A program made the position numbers and the translations under genes. A DNA stretch of 64,000 bases, from positions 19,028 to 83,027 of the IMG/VR virus record IMGVR_UViG_3300047160_014082. One strand, given 5' to 3'. This DNA comes from a virus. Taxonomy: Duplodnaviria > Caudoviricetes. Below the pieces are notes generated by a model. It was given only the letters and a program-made list of their open reading frames with translations. It was not told the origin of the DNA and searched no databases. Shown here piece after piece: positions 1 to 9,555 of this stretch. How positions within the stretch are numbered: position 1 is the first letter of the stretch; each line of letters opens with the position of its first letter.

Positions 1-1
1 A

Positions 2-1585
2 GGCACGCCGTTCGGCTTAATTGGGACTTCAAGCGTATACAAAAGGGAAAGCTATCCCCAGGGCAAAGTTACTGCACCTTCGGTGACCGCAGGTTTCAAC
101 GGTGTGCCCCCTGACGATGTCGCTAAGGGTTTCCCCCTGACAGCTCAGACTGCACAGACGACCAATTTCTTCAAGCAGGGGGGTGATCACGGCCTGTATA
201 GCAACGACGACATCGTTGCCATGCGCATCTTGCAGCTGGAACCGCCGAGCCTGCGCATGCGGGGTGGTCCGGTAAACCTCACCAATTACGTGCAGTTCCA
301 GGGTCGTCTTTGGTACAATTCTGCCTACGAAAGGATGAAAATTCTGGGGGAGGTACCGCTCCGCCATTTCAATGGTGGCGTGCAGTTGACCGATCCCGAT
401 GGCAATCCTGATACAAGCTTCCTGGCGGTGATCCCGTCCCTGACTCCATTTACGTTCCAGCTGGTGAACAAGCGGGGTATGGCTCTGACGACGGCGCAGA
501 CCTGGCACCAGCTAGAGCCCGGAGAACTACGTTGGAACTGTGGGGGCTGTCACGCCCACAGCCAACGGCCGACGAGCGTTCTGCAAACGGCTGCGGGTCA
601 GCCCGGCTATGTGCCGCTCGACCTCACGGCCAAGACCTGGCTCTTGACCGCTAAGGCCAACGATCAGTATGGGCAGCAACTTAATGTTGCCAATGATGTT
701 GGCCTACGCTACGTCACGACTGGCCCGGTCATGTTTGACTTCTATCGGGACATCAAACCGATCTTGGTGGCCAAGTGTGTCAGCTGCCATACGACGACGG
801 CCAATCCCCCGCCGATGAATTTGGCCTTTGACCGTACGGGTCGGGAAACGATCCCGAGTACAGGTACTCAGGTCCCAACGGAATATTTCGTGTTCGGGGC
901 TGATGAGAACTTCAAATATGCTCCTATTCCCCCAACCTACCCAGCGGGCTTCTTGCCCTATCGTAGTGTGTATGCAGCCAGCCGTATCATCGCTTACAAG
1001 CAACAGTCCCTTCGTTCCATCCTGGCCTGGAAGCTGGAGAACGCCCGTACGGATGGCTGGCAGAATGGTGTTTTGAATGACAACCTGGACTTTGTTGGCA
1101 CCCAATGTCAGGCCAATGCCGTTACCACGGATGAAGAGAAGCGCTTGTTCTATCGCTGGATCGACACGTGCTGTAGTGTGGACCTGGACCCGGACGGTAC
1201 GCAATGGGGCCTGTTCTGCAACGATCAGCGACCGTCTCTAAACGTGACCATTCCGGCCCCGGGTGCTAATACTAGCTTCACACGGATCTTGCTGGGAGGT
1301 TTTAGCTACAACCTGGATCCTAAGAGCTTGTCTGTGAAGGCCGATTTTGTCATCGACGGCAATCCAGCAGGTACCGAGCTAGCTGGATTGTTCACGGGTC
1401 TGTCTGGCAGCCGTTATCAGTATACTCTGGTGAATCCTCCCCAAAACGGCCAGCCACAAGGAACGCTCACCGTTACCATCAAGGATCTGAACGGTAACAT
1501 ATCTACAGTCAAGCGGACGTTCCTGGTGACGCCACCAATGCAGGCCCGGAAGGGACCGGCCAAGGCGCCGGCCAAGAAGAAGTAA
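2..1585 (+). CDS. HzsA-related (hydrazine synthase alpha middle-domain-like) c-type cytochrome protein, 5'-truncated
   Basis: Frame is open from base 2 (GTPFGLIGTSSVYKRESYP). Segment GEVPL...IPSLTPFTFQLVNKRGMALTTAQTWHQLEPGELRWNCGGCH resembles the HZS-alpha middle domain. Two CxxCH motifs (CGGCH, CVSCH) and an Ig-like C-terminus. Confidence 0.75.
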   Translation, partial: GTPFGLIGTSSVYKRESYPQGKVTAPSVTAGFNGVPPDDVAKGFPLTAQTAQTTNFFKQGGDHGLYSNDDIVAMRILQLEPPSLRMRGGPVNLTNYVQFQGRLWYNSAYERMKILGEVPLRHFNGGVQLTDPDGNPDTSFLAVIPSLTPFTFQLVNKRGMALTTAQTWHQLEPGELRWNCGGCHAHSQRPTSVLQTAAGQPGYVPLDLTAKTWLLTAKANDQYGQQLNVANDVGLRYVTTGPVMFDFYRDIKPILVAKCVSCHTTTANPPPMNLAFDRTGRETIPSTGTQVPTEYFVFGADENFKYAPIPPTYPAGFLPYRSVYAASRIIAYKQQSLRSILAWKLENARTDGWQNGVLNDNLDFVGTQCQANAVTTDEEKRLFYRWIDTCCSVDLDPDGTQWGLFCNDQRPSLNVTIPAPGANTSFTRILLGGFSYNLDPKSLSVKADFVIDGNPAGTELAGLFTGLSGSRYQYTLVNPPQNGQPQGTLTVTIKDLNGNISTVKRTFLVTPPMQARKGPAKAPAKKK

Positions 1586-1592
1586 GAGGCAG

Positions 1593-2204
1593 ATGATGAA
1601 CTTCAAGCAAACGAACCAGAACCAGGGGGACGTGTACAACGTCCCCCACCTCTACACCAGGCCGCTCTGTTGGGCGGGCTTTCTGGATATGGATGGAACT
1701 CTGGTAGATTTTCGCGCGGGCGCCCTCAAGGCCCACGGCTGGACCTTGCCCGATGACGATGGCGAGTACGAATTTTGGAAGAAATTTGAAGTTACGGCTT
1801 CCGACTTCTGGGGGCCGCTACGCAACGAAGAGTTTTGGGCCAATCTGCAACCAACTCCAGAAGCGTTCAATCTGGTGTTGTTGGCCGAGAAGTATTTTGG
1901 CGTCGATAACGTCTTCCTCTGTTCCAGTGGTGCCTGCCCGCGTTCTGGGATCGGCAAGCTGATGTGGATCGAAAAGTACCTGCCCCACTATCGGGGCAGA
2001 GTCCAGCTGTTGGGGCCGGATAAGTACAAGATGGCCCGTCCGGGGTATGTACTTATCGATGATTACGATTTGTACATTGAACAATGGCGTATGGCAGGCG
2101 GACACGCCATCACCTTCCCGCGTCCCTGGAACACGATGCATGCCGCGTCCGTTTCCCAGTTGCGTGTTGTCGAGCAAGGGCTAAAACTCTACATGGGAGG
2201 CTGA
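1593..2204 (+). CDS. HAD-family 5'(3')-deoxyribonucleotidase-like protein
   Basis: FLDMDGTLVDF motif I, CSS motif II, GKxxW...K, LIDDY motif IV. Confidence 0.8.
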   Translation: MMNFKQTNQNQGDVYNVPHLYTRPLCWAGFLDMDGTLVDFRAGALKAHGWTLPDDDGEYEFWKKFEVTASDFWGPLRNEEFWANLQPTPEAFNLVLLAEKYFGVDNVFLCSSGACPRSGIGKLMWIEKYLPHYRGRVQLLGPDKYKMARPGYVLIDDYDLYIEQWRMAGGHAITFPRPWNTMHAASVSQLRVVEQGLKLYMGG

Positions 2205-2206
2205 CT

Positions 2207-2875
2207 ATGGCCGGGGAAATCCAAGCTCGGGGCTTGCCAACAGGCCAGACGGCTTACGCCTTGATCCATAATGGCATCGGCCAATACTGGAACATAGCCA
2301 CGACGCTGTTTGAGAACTTCACCGGCGCCAACTTTGCAAACTATGCGGTTAGCATCGTGGAGCAAGGCTCGACCGGTTGCTACGTCGGCACCTTCCCGCC
2401 ACAGATCACCGCGGGCGTGTACGGCATCGAAGCACGCTTGCAGCTGGGTGGTTCCCCGGCCCAGTCTGATCCGAGTGTAGCAGGCGAGAATTTCCAGTGG
2501 CAAGGCTCAGCTGTTTTGCCCCTGTCCGCTCTGGCGTCGTCGGGACAGGTTAGCCAGATCTTGTTCCAACGTATTCCCAAGGGGGTGATGATTCCGAACT
2601 ATCCCATTTGGCTTGTGCTGGCTACCGATCACATCAGCGATTTCGTTAGCGGCTCGGCCATCAGTGGTCAGATCAAGCGTGACGCTGGGAACTGGGGGCC
2701 GCTCCAGAGTGGGAGCTTTACGGAATGGGGCTTTGGCAACTACACTGTTACCCTGACGTCTGGCGACCTCAACGGCAATTCCATCAGCGTACGCTTCCAG
2801 GGGGCCAATCTGACGGGGGGTCTGAGCGATCCCTACAAGGTAACGTTCCTCACCAATCCCGTAAGTGGGAGTTAA
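2207..2875 (+). CDS. Probable virion structural protein (Ser/Gly/Thr-rich)
   Basis: ATG 2207 follows GGAGG; beta-rich, low-charge composition; repeated SG dipeptides. Confidence 0.45.
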   Translation: MAGEIQARGLPTGQTAYALIHNGIGQYWNIATTLFENFTGANFANYAVSIVEQGSTGCYVGTFPPQITAGVYGIEARLQLGGSPAQSDPSVAGENFQWQGSAVLPLSALASSGQVSQILFQRIPKGVMIPNYPIWLVLATDHISDFVSGSAISGQIKRDAGNWGPLQSGSFTEWGFGNYTVTLTSGDLNGNSISVRFQGANLTGGLSDPYKVTFLTNPVSGS

Positions 2876-2877
2876 GC

Positions 2878-3087
2878 ATGGTCATCGATCATCATAGTGT
2901 CGTCGGCGCGGCCATAAGTGTTCCGCCTACTGCGGAATTCATCCTGGCGGTTCCCCCCATTGGTGGGGGTGGCGTTGGCCTGGGCGGACCCCCGACCTAC
3001 CAGCCCCCCGTCAAACAAGCCAGTAGCTCGCCGGCAACGATTACCCTTCAGGCCAGCTCCCGAGTAATCGACGTCCCGCCGGTTTGA
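2878..3087 (+). CDS. Hypothetical protein
   Basis: ATG 2 nt after the upstream stop; Pro/Gly-rich 69 aa. Confidence 0.45.
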   Translation: MVIDHHSVVGAAISVPPTAEFILAVPPIGGGGVGLGGPPTYQPPVKQASSSPATITLQASSRVIDVPPV

Positions 3088-3141
3088 TATATTGATTTGC
3101 TATTGCCCTAAATTCGCCCCTTCGGGTAGGGTAGTCTTCGA

Positions 3142-3408
3142 ATGCCGAGTTGGATGTTCGATACAAGGGGCCGGATTGTGGAAGAGAAGCAGGACAAAAG
3201 CCTTCTGGAGGGTATGGAAATCAAGGAGAGCCCGAGCTACCGGGAAGCCATGGGTAAGGCGCATGTCATCCAGGAAGCGGGTATCAATGACGTAGATTGG
3301 GCCGTTGTTGGGCACTGCCCAAAGTGTGGCTGCCCGATCTACGGACCCAAGGTGGTCCCGGCGGGGCGGATCCCCACGCTTCACAAGAGCTGTACTTGTT
3401 GCGTATAG
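3142..3408 (+). CDS. Small protein with CxxC zinc-binding motifs
   Basis: CPKCGCP and CTCC motifs. Confidence 0.5.
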   Translation: MPSWMFDTRGRIVEEKQDKSLLEGMEIKESPSYREAMGKAHVIQEAGINDVDWAVVGHCPKCGCPIYGPKVVPAGRIPTLHKSCTCCV

Positions 3409-3552
3409 CGCCAAATCGCCCAGGATCGCTCTGGACGCGATCATCATTGAAAACTGTCCCCCAAACCTTCTTTGCATGATGATCGCGTCCTGAACGAAGC
3501 TAGGGCCTATCCAGGCCAAACGAGCCTTTCCTCCTGGGCAGGGGAAGGACCG

Positions 3553-3586
3553 ACCCTGAGCGGAGCACCCTTCCGCTCAGGGTTTT
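3553..3586 (+). terminator. Intrinsic terminator-like hairpin 1
   Basis: Perfect 12-bp stem ACCCTGAGCGGA/TCCGCTCAGGGT, 7-nt loop, T-run. Confidence 0.6.
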
Positions 3587-3644
3587 AAGCCAGCAAGAGG
3601 GGGCCTTTCTCGTTTGAGAGAGCGGGGAAGGGCCTCATACTCCC

Positions 3645-3676
3645 CCGGGGGGGACTCGTAGTTCCCCCCGGTTTTT
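3645..3676 (+). terminator. Intrinsic terminator-like hairpin 2
   Basis: CCGGGGGGGA/TTCCCCCCGG stem followed by TTTTT. Confidence 0.55.
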
Positions 3677-3723
3677 GACTTTCGCAGTGGCGGAAGCCTT
3701 CCCTTGAGCAAGGAAGGTCATAG

Positions 3724-3761
3724 CCCCGGGGGGGCAGTCACTCCTCCCCCCCGGGGTTTTT
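3724..3761 (+). terminator. Intrinsic terminator-like hairpin 3
   Basis: Perfect 11-bp stem CCCCGGGGGGG/CCCCCCCGGGG followed by TTTTT. Confidence 0.55.
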
Positions 3762-3794
3762 GTTCGGGTTGGGTTATATTGGTCTGCTATAGCC

Positions 3795-3989
3795 ATGAGT
3801 CAACAGGGCGTCACCATCTTCATTGCGGGGCCGGAACGACACGAGCGCTTGCGCGAGTTGTCCCTGCGCACGGACCTAAGCATGGCCGAATGGATGCGGC
3901 GAATGCTGGATCATTGCCTGGCCGAGCCGGTGTTGAACCAGCTGGCACCGGCCTGGTCGGGACAATTAAATAATCGGGAGGTCCGTTAA
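3795..3989 (+). CDS. Ribbon-helix-helix (CopG-like) DNA-binding protein
   Basis: VTIFI strand, then HERLRELSLRTDLSMAEWMRRMLD helix pair. Confidence 0.55.
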   Translation: MSQQGVTIFIAGPERHERLRELSLRTDLSMAEWMRRMLDHCLAEPVLNQLAPAWSGQLNNREVR

Positions 3990-4654
3990 TGCCCGGTAGT
4001 TGGGAACTGATGCAAAATGTTCAAGTACAGTGTTATACATTGCACACCGAGCTGACAACCCTGGCTTGGTCTTACGGCTGGCGCAACCTGATCATCCCGG
4101 GCAACCTGGCGCCTCTGCCTACGACAGGGATGCCTTTCGACCATGCCCGCAACGACGCTACCCAGCATGCCCTGAACGTTGGCGCCGATTGGATCTTTTC
4201 GCTCGACTCGGACGTGATCCCACCCCATGATGCTCTTATACGGTTGATCGCCCGCGGTCTACCGATCATATCGGGAACCTATCATCGGCGCTCCCCTCCC
4301 GAAGGTGTTCCGGTAGCCCAGAAAAACGGCCAATGGTTTGTTCATCCCCCGGCGAACAAGATTGCCGAAGTCGATGTTGTTGGTGCCGGCTGTCTACTGG
4401 TGCATCGCAGCGTATTCGAGAAGCTGCCGTACCAGCGACCGAAAGAGGGTAAGAAGTGGTTCGATTGGCGTGTGGACAAGCGCGGCCTGGAACCACCCGG
4501 CGCGTCCATGAGTGAAGATTTCACCTTCTGCAACTGGGCACGGATGCACGGTTACAAGATCTATCTGGACCTGTCCGTGCAGTGCCGTCATGCGGGCTCT
4601 GCCGAAGCAACCTACGGTCAGCTCAAACCCCTACAAACCCTTTCGGTGACCTGA
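3989..4654 (+). CDS. GT-A fold glycosyltransferase (GT2-like)
   Basis: ARN...WIFSLDSDV (DxD), VGAGCLLVHRSVFEK, SEDFTFC. Confidence 0.85.
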   Translation: MPGSWELMQNVQVQCYTLHTELTTLAWSYGWRNLIIPGNLAPLPTTGMPFDHARNDATQHALNVGADWIFSLDSDVIPPHDALIRLIARGLPIISGTYHRRSPPEGVPVAQKNGQWFVHPPANKIAEVDVVGAGCLLVHRSVFEKLPYQRPKEGKKWFDWRVDKRGLEPPGASMSEDFTFCNWARMHGYKIYLDLSVQCRHAGSAEATYGQLKPLQTLSVT

Positions 4655-4682
4655 TGTATGAACTGACTGAAAAGGATCTGTA

Positions 4683-5213
4683 ATGAAGCAAGCAAGCAAA
4701 ATTCTGCACAACTGGACGGGACACGATCTGAAATGGTGGCTCAATCGGGTTGGTGTGCTGATCGGGGAAAGTTCCTATCCGATGAAGGGAAAGGGAAACG
4801 AAGGCCTGTACAACACCAATACGGTCAAGTGGATCACCAAGCTGTCCGAAGAAATGCGGTCCTTCGCCGAGAATCGCATTCCCATTGCCGCGGATGGGAA
4901 CTTGGTTATGTCCTGCCTGGTAGGTCTCATCCTGATGGCCTTCTTCTACCGCTGTGGCCGGGCTAAGTGTTACGATCCGCGCCGGGATCCTCGTGACCGG
5001 CGCATGGCTCTGAAGCGTATGGCAATGTACGCCCAGATGTTTGCAGAAGTTCTATTGGACGACACCCAGGATCCCAAGTTGTTCCCAGATCAGGAATGGG
5101 ATCATCCGTTTGCCAAGAAAGCCCATCACGAGCCGGATCGGGTTGAAAAACTACGTAAGGACTTCGAGAAGCGCGAACAGGCCAAGCGGAAGAAGAAAGA
5201 AGCTAAGGCATGA
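4683..5213 (+). CDS. Hypothetical protein
   Basis: Operon-like spacing, ATGA overlap with the next gene. Confidence 0.6.
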   Translation: MKQASKILHNWTGHDLKWWLNRVGVLIGESSYPMKGKGNEGLYNTNTVKWITKLSEEMRSFAENRIPIAADGNLVMSCLVGLILMAFFYRCGRAKCYDPRRDPRDRRMALKRMAMYAQMFAEVLLDDTQDPKLFPDQEWDHPFAKKAHHEPDRVEKLRKDFEKREQAKRKKKEAKA

Positions 5214-6268
5214 GAATTTGTGTCATATCGACCCCCGTGTTTCGCATGCCGGTTGCTGGTTACTCCGGCCTGGAGCATCTAGCCTGGCAGATCGCCGCCG
5301 GCCTGGCAGCGCAAGGTCATTGGGTATCCCTCATCGGCCCTGATGGCACCAGCTGTCCGAACGTGGATTGCATCGCGTTCGGACCGGAACGTTCTTGTGA
5401 TGAGAAGACGGCTTATTCGCGCTACTGGCACCGTCTGCCCGATTATGACGTCATCATTGATCATACCTGGGGCAAATGGAGTTACATGCTCAAGGCGGAA
5501 GGCAAGCTCAAGGCGCCGGTACTGGGGGTTTGTCATGCCCCGGTCAACACCATGTACCAGCAGTGGCCTCCGGTCTTTCCGATCCCGAATTCCCAGCCCG
5601 TCACAAAGGGCTGTGCTGTTTGCATCAGTCAGGATCAGGCCAATCACTTCCAAGCCTTATTTAGCGCTCCGGCGCGCGTAGCCTACAACGGCATCGATCT
5701 GGACTTCTACAAGCCGATGTCGGTCAAGCGGAACGATCCCTACTTGTTCCTGGCGCGTTTCTCTACCATCAAAGGTCCGGATATAGCCATCGCAGCTTGC
5801 ATGGCGGTTGGGGCCAAGCTGAACCTGGTGGGCGATACCCAAATTACCCAGGAGCCCGAGTATTTTGCCCGTTGTAAGAGCATGTGTGATGGGGTTAATA
5901 TCAAGCTGGTCGGCCCGGCAACGCGCGGGGAATGCGTTTACTGGTTCTCGCGCAGTCTGGCATTGTTGCATCCGAACCAGCGTTTCCGGGAACCGTTCGG
6001 CCTGGCGCCCATCGAAGCGCAGGCATGTGGCTGCCCTGTCATCGCCTGGGACCTTGGGGCTATGCGTGAGACAGTCAAGCATGGTGAGACCGGCATGCTG
6101 GTGTCGAGCCCGGAGGAATTTGCTGCCCAGGTCAAGCTCGGCCTGACCGGCGTTCCTGATACGGTACGCAAGAAATGTCGTGAATGGGCATCGCAGTTTT
6201 CTATACAGCGCATGGGAGCGCGCTACGCGGAACTATGCACGGAAGCGGTGAATACCGGAGGGTGGTAG
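5210..6268 (+). CDS. GT-B glycosyltransferase family 4
   Basis: YSGLEHL, YNGIDLDFY, KGPD, EPFGLAPIEAQACGCPVI. Confidence 0.9.
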   Translation: MRICVISTPVFRMPVAGYSGLEHLAWQIAAGLAAQGHWVSLIGPDGTSCPNVDCIAFGPERSCDEKTAYSRYWHRLPDYDVIIDHTWGKWSYMLKAEGKLKAPVLGVCHAPVNTMYQQWPPVFPIPNSQPVTKGCAVCISQDQANHFQALFSAPARVAYNGIDLDFYKPMSVKRNDPYLFLARFSTIKGPDIAIAACMAVGAKLNLVGDTQITQEPEYFARCKSMCDGVNIKLVGPATRGECVYWFSRSLALLHPNQRFREPFGLAPIEAQACGCPVIAWDLGAMRETVKHGETGMLVSSPEEFAAQVKLGLTGVPDTVRKKCREWASQFSIQRMGARYAELCTEAVNTGGW

Positions 6269-6715
6269 ATGAAAGAATTCACGCAAATTATTCCGGCTCT
6301 GGTCTACACCACGATTCAGGCTGAGAACGCCGAAGAGGCGCAGCGGATTATCCTGACCATGGCCGGACAGCGCCTCCGGGTCAGGATCGAACAGGAAAAT
6401 TGCCCCAACATCGACGTCAAAGTCACCTTCAGCCTATCCCATCCGGTCGCAGGCTACGAAGAGGAGCCCTCCGCTCCCGCAGGGTGTGGTCTGGGCTGGA
6501 AAAATACTTGGTACACCTATGAGCAGATGAAGAATTTGGACTTTGGCTGTTACTCGGAAGACAGCTATACCTGGACGGAGAAGGATGGGGTGAAGGGTTG
6601 TTATGTCCAGGAAGGATTTTGTGATATTCATGGACTAATTTGTTCCCAATTGGGTAGCATGAGTAGTCCGGACCAGCTACGGCACCCTTGTGGAGCGCCG
6701 AAACATGGATCTTGA
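6269..6715 (+). CDS. Hypothetical protein
   Basis: Abuts the upstream stop. Confidence 0.5.
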   Translation: MKEFTQIIPALVYTTIQAENAEEAQRIILTMAGQRLRVRIEQENCPNIDVKVTFSLSHPVAGYEEEPSAPAGCGLGWKNTWYTYEQMKNLDFGCYSEDSYTWTEKDGVKGCYVQEGFCDIHGLICSQLGSMSSPDQLRHPCGAPKHGS

Positions 6716-6971
6716 TTGGACTTTTGCCAGCCCAGAGCCGATCAACGCCAGTACCCACGTTGTAGCAATCGTGTCGAGTGTGCTGTTCGGCTTTGTGTTC
6801 TTTTACACCCTGTCTTGGTGCTGGCGGGTCATGATGGAACGCTGGATGCGTGCTCATTTCATGAATGACAGCCCGACCATGCGCGACATTCAACGTGCCC
6901 GGCTGTTGGAAATTATGATGGCCCGGGTAGAGCGTACCGATCAGGAATTCGAAGAGGGGGCGGGGATATGA
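6705..6971 (+). CDS. Small membrane protein
   Basis: Hydrophobic segment VVAIVSSVLFGFVFFYTLSW; GGAG upstream. Confidence 0.55.
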   Translation: MDLDWTFASPEPINASTHVVAIVSSVLFGFVFFYTLSWCWRVMMERWMRAHFMNDSPTMRDIQRARLLEIMMARVERTDQEFEEGAGI

Positions 6972-7141
6972 GGTCCATTGACGAGCTGCGCAAGGTGGTT
7001 CAGGAGTTGCGCAAGTTTGGCAAGTTCCCGCCGTCCCATCCCCGTCCCGATGACCAGGTGCGTTACCTGGTCGCCTATGTCCACAAGTTGGAAAAGGAAT
7101 TGGCCGAACGTCGTAAACAAGATCGGAGCTTCTTTGCATGA
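6968..7141 (+). CDS. Hypothetical protein (57 aa, not in ORF track)
   Basis: MRSIDELRKVVQELRK...; ATGA overlaps at both ends. Confidence 0.55.
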   Translation: MRSIDELRKVVQELRKFGKFPPSHPRPDDQVRYLVAYVHKLEKELAERRKQDRSFFA

Positions 7142-7425
7142 CCAAGAGTAAATTCACCTATCGCCCGCGGAACAATATGGTGGTCTGTCAGCGCGTTCCG
7201 CGCGGTGAGACGGCATCAGGTATTTCGGTGCCGACCGAAAGTGCTGAAGGCCATCGTTGGTACGTTGTTGCCATCGGCCCCCAGGTCGAAGACTTGGAAA
7301 TCGGGGATGAGGTGCTAGTGGGTGGCGTTCCGGGCACCCACTACGGCCAGATCCCAACGGAAAAACATCTATGGATGGTCAATGAGGTTAATTGTCTGGC
7401 GGTAGTCGGGAAAGACGAGACATGA
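7138..7425 (+). CDS. groES: GroES-like co-chaperonin
   Basis: RPRNNMVV, TASGISVP mobile loop, VVAIGP, LEIGDEVL, VNEVNCLAVV. Confidence 0.75.
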   Translation: MTKSKFTYRPRNNMVVCQRVPRGETASGISVPTESAEGHRWYVVAIGPQVEDLEIGDEVLVGGVPGTHYGQIPTEKHLWMVNEVNCLAVVGKDET

Positions 7426-8510
7426 GCTTCCATCTATATCTAACAGCTGATGATGTTGGTTCTGCTACGGGTGGTGGTATAGTTACGGCCCAGGAACTTA
7501 CCGCCCTAAGTGATCTGGGCATGACCGAAATCTGGGCGCGTAAGCATCTGGAGACCGTCAGAGTCCCTAATTATAGCCTGGGCCTGGGTATTCCCCCCTG
7601 GGAATGGGATCAGGCTTTCCTGACGGCTTGCGGTTCTGCCGAAAGGGGCCGTTGGGACCTGGCTCATGTTTACTCGGGGACGTTCCCCAAGTCAGTGCCC
7701 TTTCTGAAGTCCCTGGGGGTTAAGGTCACTTACACGGCCGCGGCCCATAACATCAAGAAGTCACAAGAAGAACACGTACGCTTGGGGATCCCCTATGTCT
7801 ACCCTCACCTCACCGAACCTGTATTGCTCGATCACTACCTGGCCGGTTATCGTGCCGCGGACGTCGTGGTGTGTCCTTCCCGGATGTCCGCAGATATTAT
7901 GCGAGGGTTTGGCTGTCAACGGGTTGAGGTTATCCCGCATGGCACCGATCGTGCCGTGTCTGAAATACAACCCCTACCGGGGACTTTCACGGTGGGTTAC
8001 TTGGGTGCAACTGGACCCGACAAGGGACTGAGGTACTTGCTGGAAGCCTGGCGGAAGTTAGATTATCACAACGAGGCTGAGTTGCTTCTAGCTGGTAAGG
8101 ATTCCCAAAGCCCATTCATGCAAGGCCTGGTGCGGCAGTTTGCACCCAATACCCGAGTCCAGTTTTTGGGCTGGGTCGAGAACGTCAGCGATTTCTACAA
8201 CAACATTTCGCTGTACGTACAGCCGAGCGTCACGGAAGGTTTCGGCATCGAAGTCCTGGAAGCCATGGCCCACGGCCGGGTGCCTTTGGTATCTGATGGC
8301 GCCGGCGCTGTTGACTGTTTACCATCGCCTAATTCCATATGTCGCTTCCCGGCCCGAGACGTTGATGGCCTAGCAGAGAGGATCCATCAGGCCAAGCATA
8401 ACTGGGCGTTGGACGCGGCGGGGGTGACCGCTCGCAACCACGTTGCGGCCTACTATACCTGGGACCTGATTCGCGCTCAGTACCAAGCGCTTTGGAGAAG
8501 CTTACTATGA
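7422..8510 (+). CDS. GT-B glycosyltransferase family 4
   Basis: VIPHG, KGLRYLLEAW, PSVTEGFGIEVLEAMAHG. Confidence 0.9.
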   Translation: MSFHLYLTADDVGSATGGGIVTAQELTALSDLGMTEIWARKHLETVRVPNYSLGLGIPPWEWDQAFLTACGSAERGRWDLAHVYSGTFPKSVPFLKSLGVKVTYTAAAHNIKKSQEEHVRLGIPYVYPHLTEPVLLDHYLAGYRAADVVVCPSRMSADIMRGFGCQRVEVIPHGTDRAVSEIQPLPGTFTVGYLGATGPDKGLRYLLEAWRKLDYHNEAELLLAGKDSQSPFMQGLVRQFAPNTRVQFLGWVENVSDFYNNISLYVQPSVTEGFGIEVLEAMAHGRVPLVSDGAGAVDCLPSPNSICRFPARDVDGLAERIHQAKHNWALDAAGVTARNHVAAYYTWDLIRAQYQALWRSLL

Positions 8511-8809
8511 GACAGCTACTTGTCAAGATTCTGCTTCGGGATGGACAGTTCTTCCAAATCGTGTACGACGAGGACCGAGCGCACGCTCTGGTGCGGGATT
8601 GGGCGTCGGGACAATTTGCCCTCAAAGGGTTCAAAATCATCGGTGATTGGGCATCCCCAATGCCTTGGGCGTTGGCTCTGGATGCCATTATTGGTATGCA
8701 TGTGATGGATATGGATGAACTGCGCCGGGCGCATGAAGCTCAGCAACAGAACCTACAACGGATTCCTCCGTATGGCTCGCAGGGTTCCCCTTTTGGAAAG
8801 GGTGTGTAG
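8507..8809 (+). CDS. Hypothetical protein
   Basis: ATGA overlap with the upstream gene. Confidence 0.55.
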   Translation: MRQLLVKILLRDGQFFQIVYDEDRAHALVRDWASGQFALKGFKIIGDWASPMPWALALDAIIGMHVMDMDELRRAHEAQQQNLQRIPPYGSQGSPFGKGV

Positions 8810-9555
8810 TGGCTACCATCTGCGAATACATCAAGAGGGAAATTCCTCCCGAATGGGATACGATGATGATTCGGGAGTTGATCGCTGAAGAAGCCCGATG
8901 TCCCCAGTGTTTTGTTCTCCAGAAAAACAAGAATTGGGACCGCTGGGTCTGTCCCTCGCCAACGGGCTGGAGTGCCCTACACTGGAGCCGGCAAGGGGAG
9001 TATCCTTGGGTGCTGCGGAACCTGTCAGGACTGCCGAAGACGTCTTCGATTCTGGATGTGGGTGGGGGCTGTACTCTGGATCGGTTTCTGGCCCGGCACG
9101 TCGATTCCCTGACGGTAGTAGATACCGACCCCAAAGCCTTAACTCACTTTCAAGCAACGGCTGAGTTGCAAAACATTAAAACTATGCAATTCATCCAGGG
9201 GGATGCCCGGGACTTGCCGATTCCCGATGACGTATTCGATATAGTCCTATCGGTGTCTGTTATAGAACATATTCCAGGCAGCTGCGCTACGTGCTTTGCG
9301 GAATTGGTTCGGGTATGCAAGCCAGGGGGACTGGTCTTGTGTACCATGGACGTATTGCTACGTACGGACGCCGCGGACCGGGACGACAATTTTTGTGTAG
9401 GACGGGCAACTGCGTCGGCTCTGCTTCAGCAGTGGAAGGTCCCCATCCCGAACCCAACCATGAATCCTTTAGGGGCCTACCTGAAGAAAGAGGACTGTCA
9501 GATTATGCCTATTATGATCCGTTATGAGAAGCCGGTGACCGGGGGCGTAGGATGA
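8809..9555 (+). CDS. Class I SAM-dependent methyltransferase
   Basis: ILDVGGG, VVDTD, GDARDLPIPDDVFDIVLSVSVIEHI, LKPGG-like motif. Confidence 0.85.
   Translation: MATICEYIKREIPPEWDTMMIRELIAEEARCPQCFVLQKNKNWDRWVCPSPTGWSALHWSRQGEYPWVLRNLSGLPKTSSILDVGGGCTLDRFLARHVDSLTVVDTDPKALTHFQATAELQNIKTMQFIQGDARDLPIPDDVFDIVLSVSVIEHIPGSCATCFAELVRVCKPGGLVLCTMDVLLRTDAADRDDNFCVGRATASALLQQWKVPIPNPTMNPLGAYLKKEDCQIMPIMIRYEKPVTGGVG

Noticed and set aside
2-1585. Evidence for an anammox pathway
   Set aside because: Only an HzsA-like domain is present, with no hzsB/C, hdh or hao, and this domain is widespread outside anammox bacteria.
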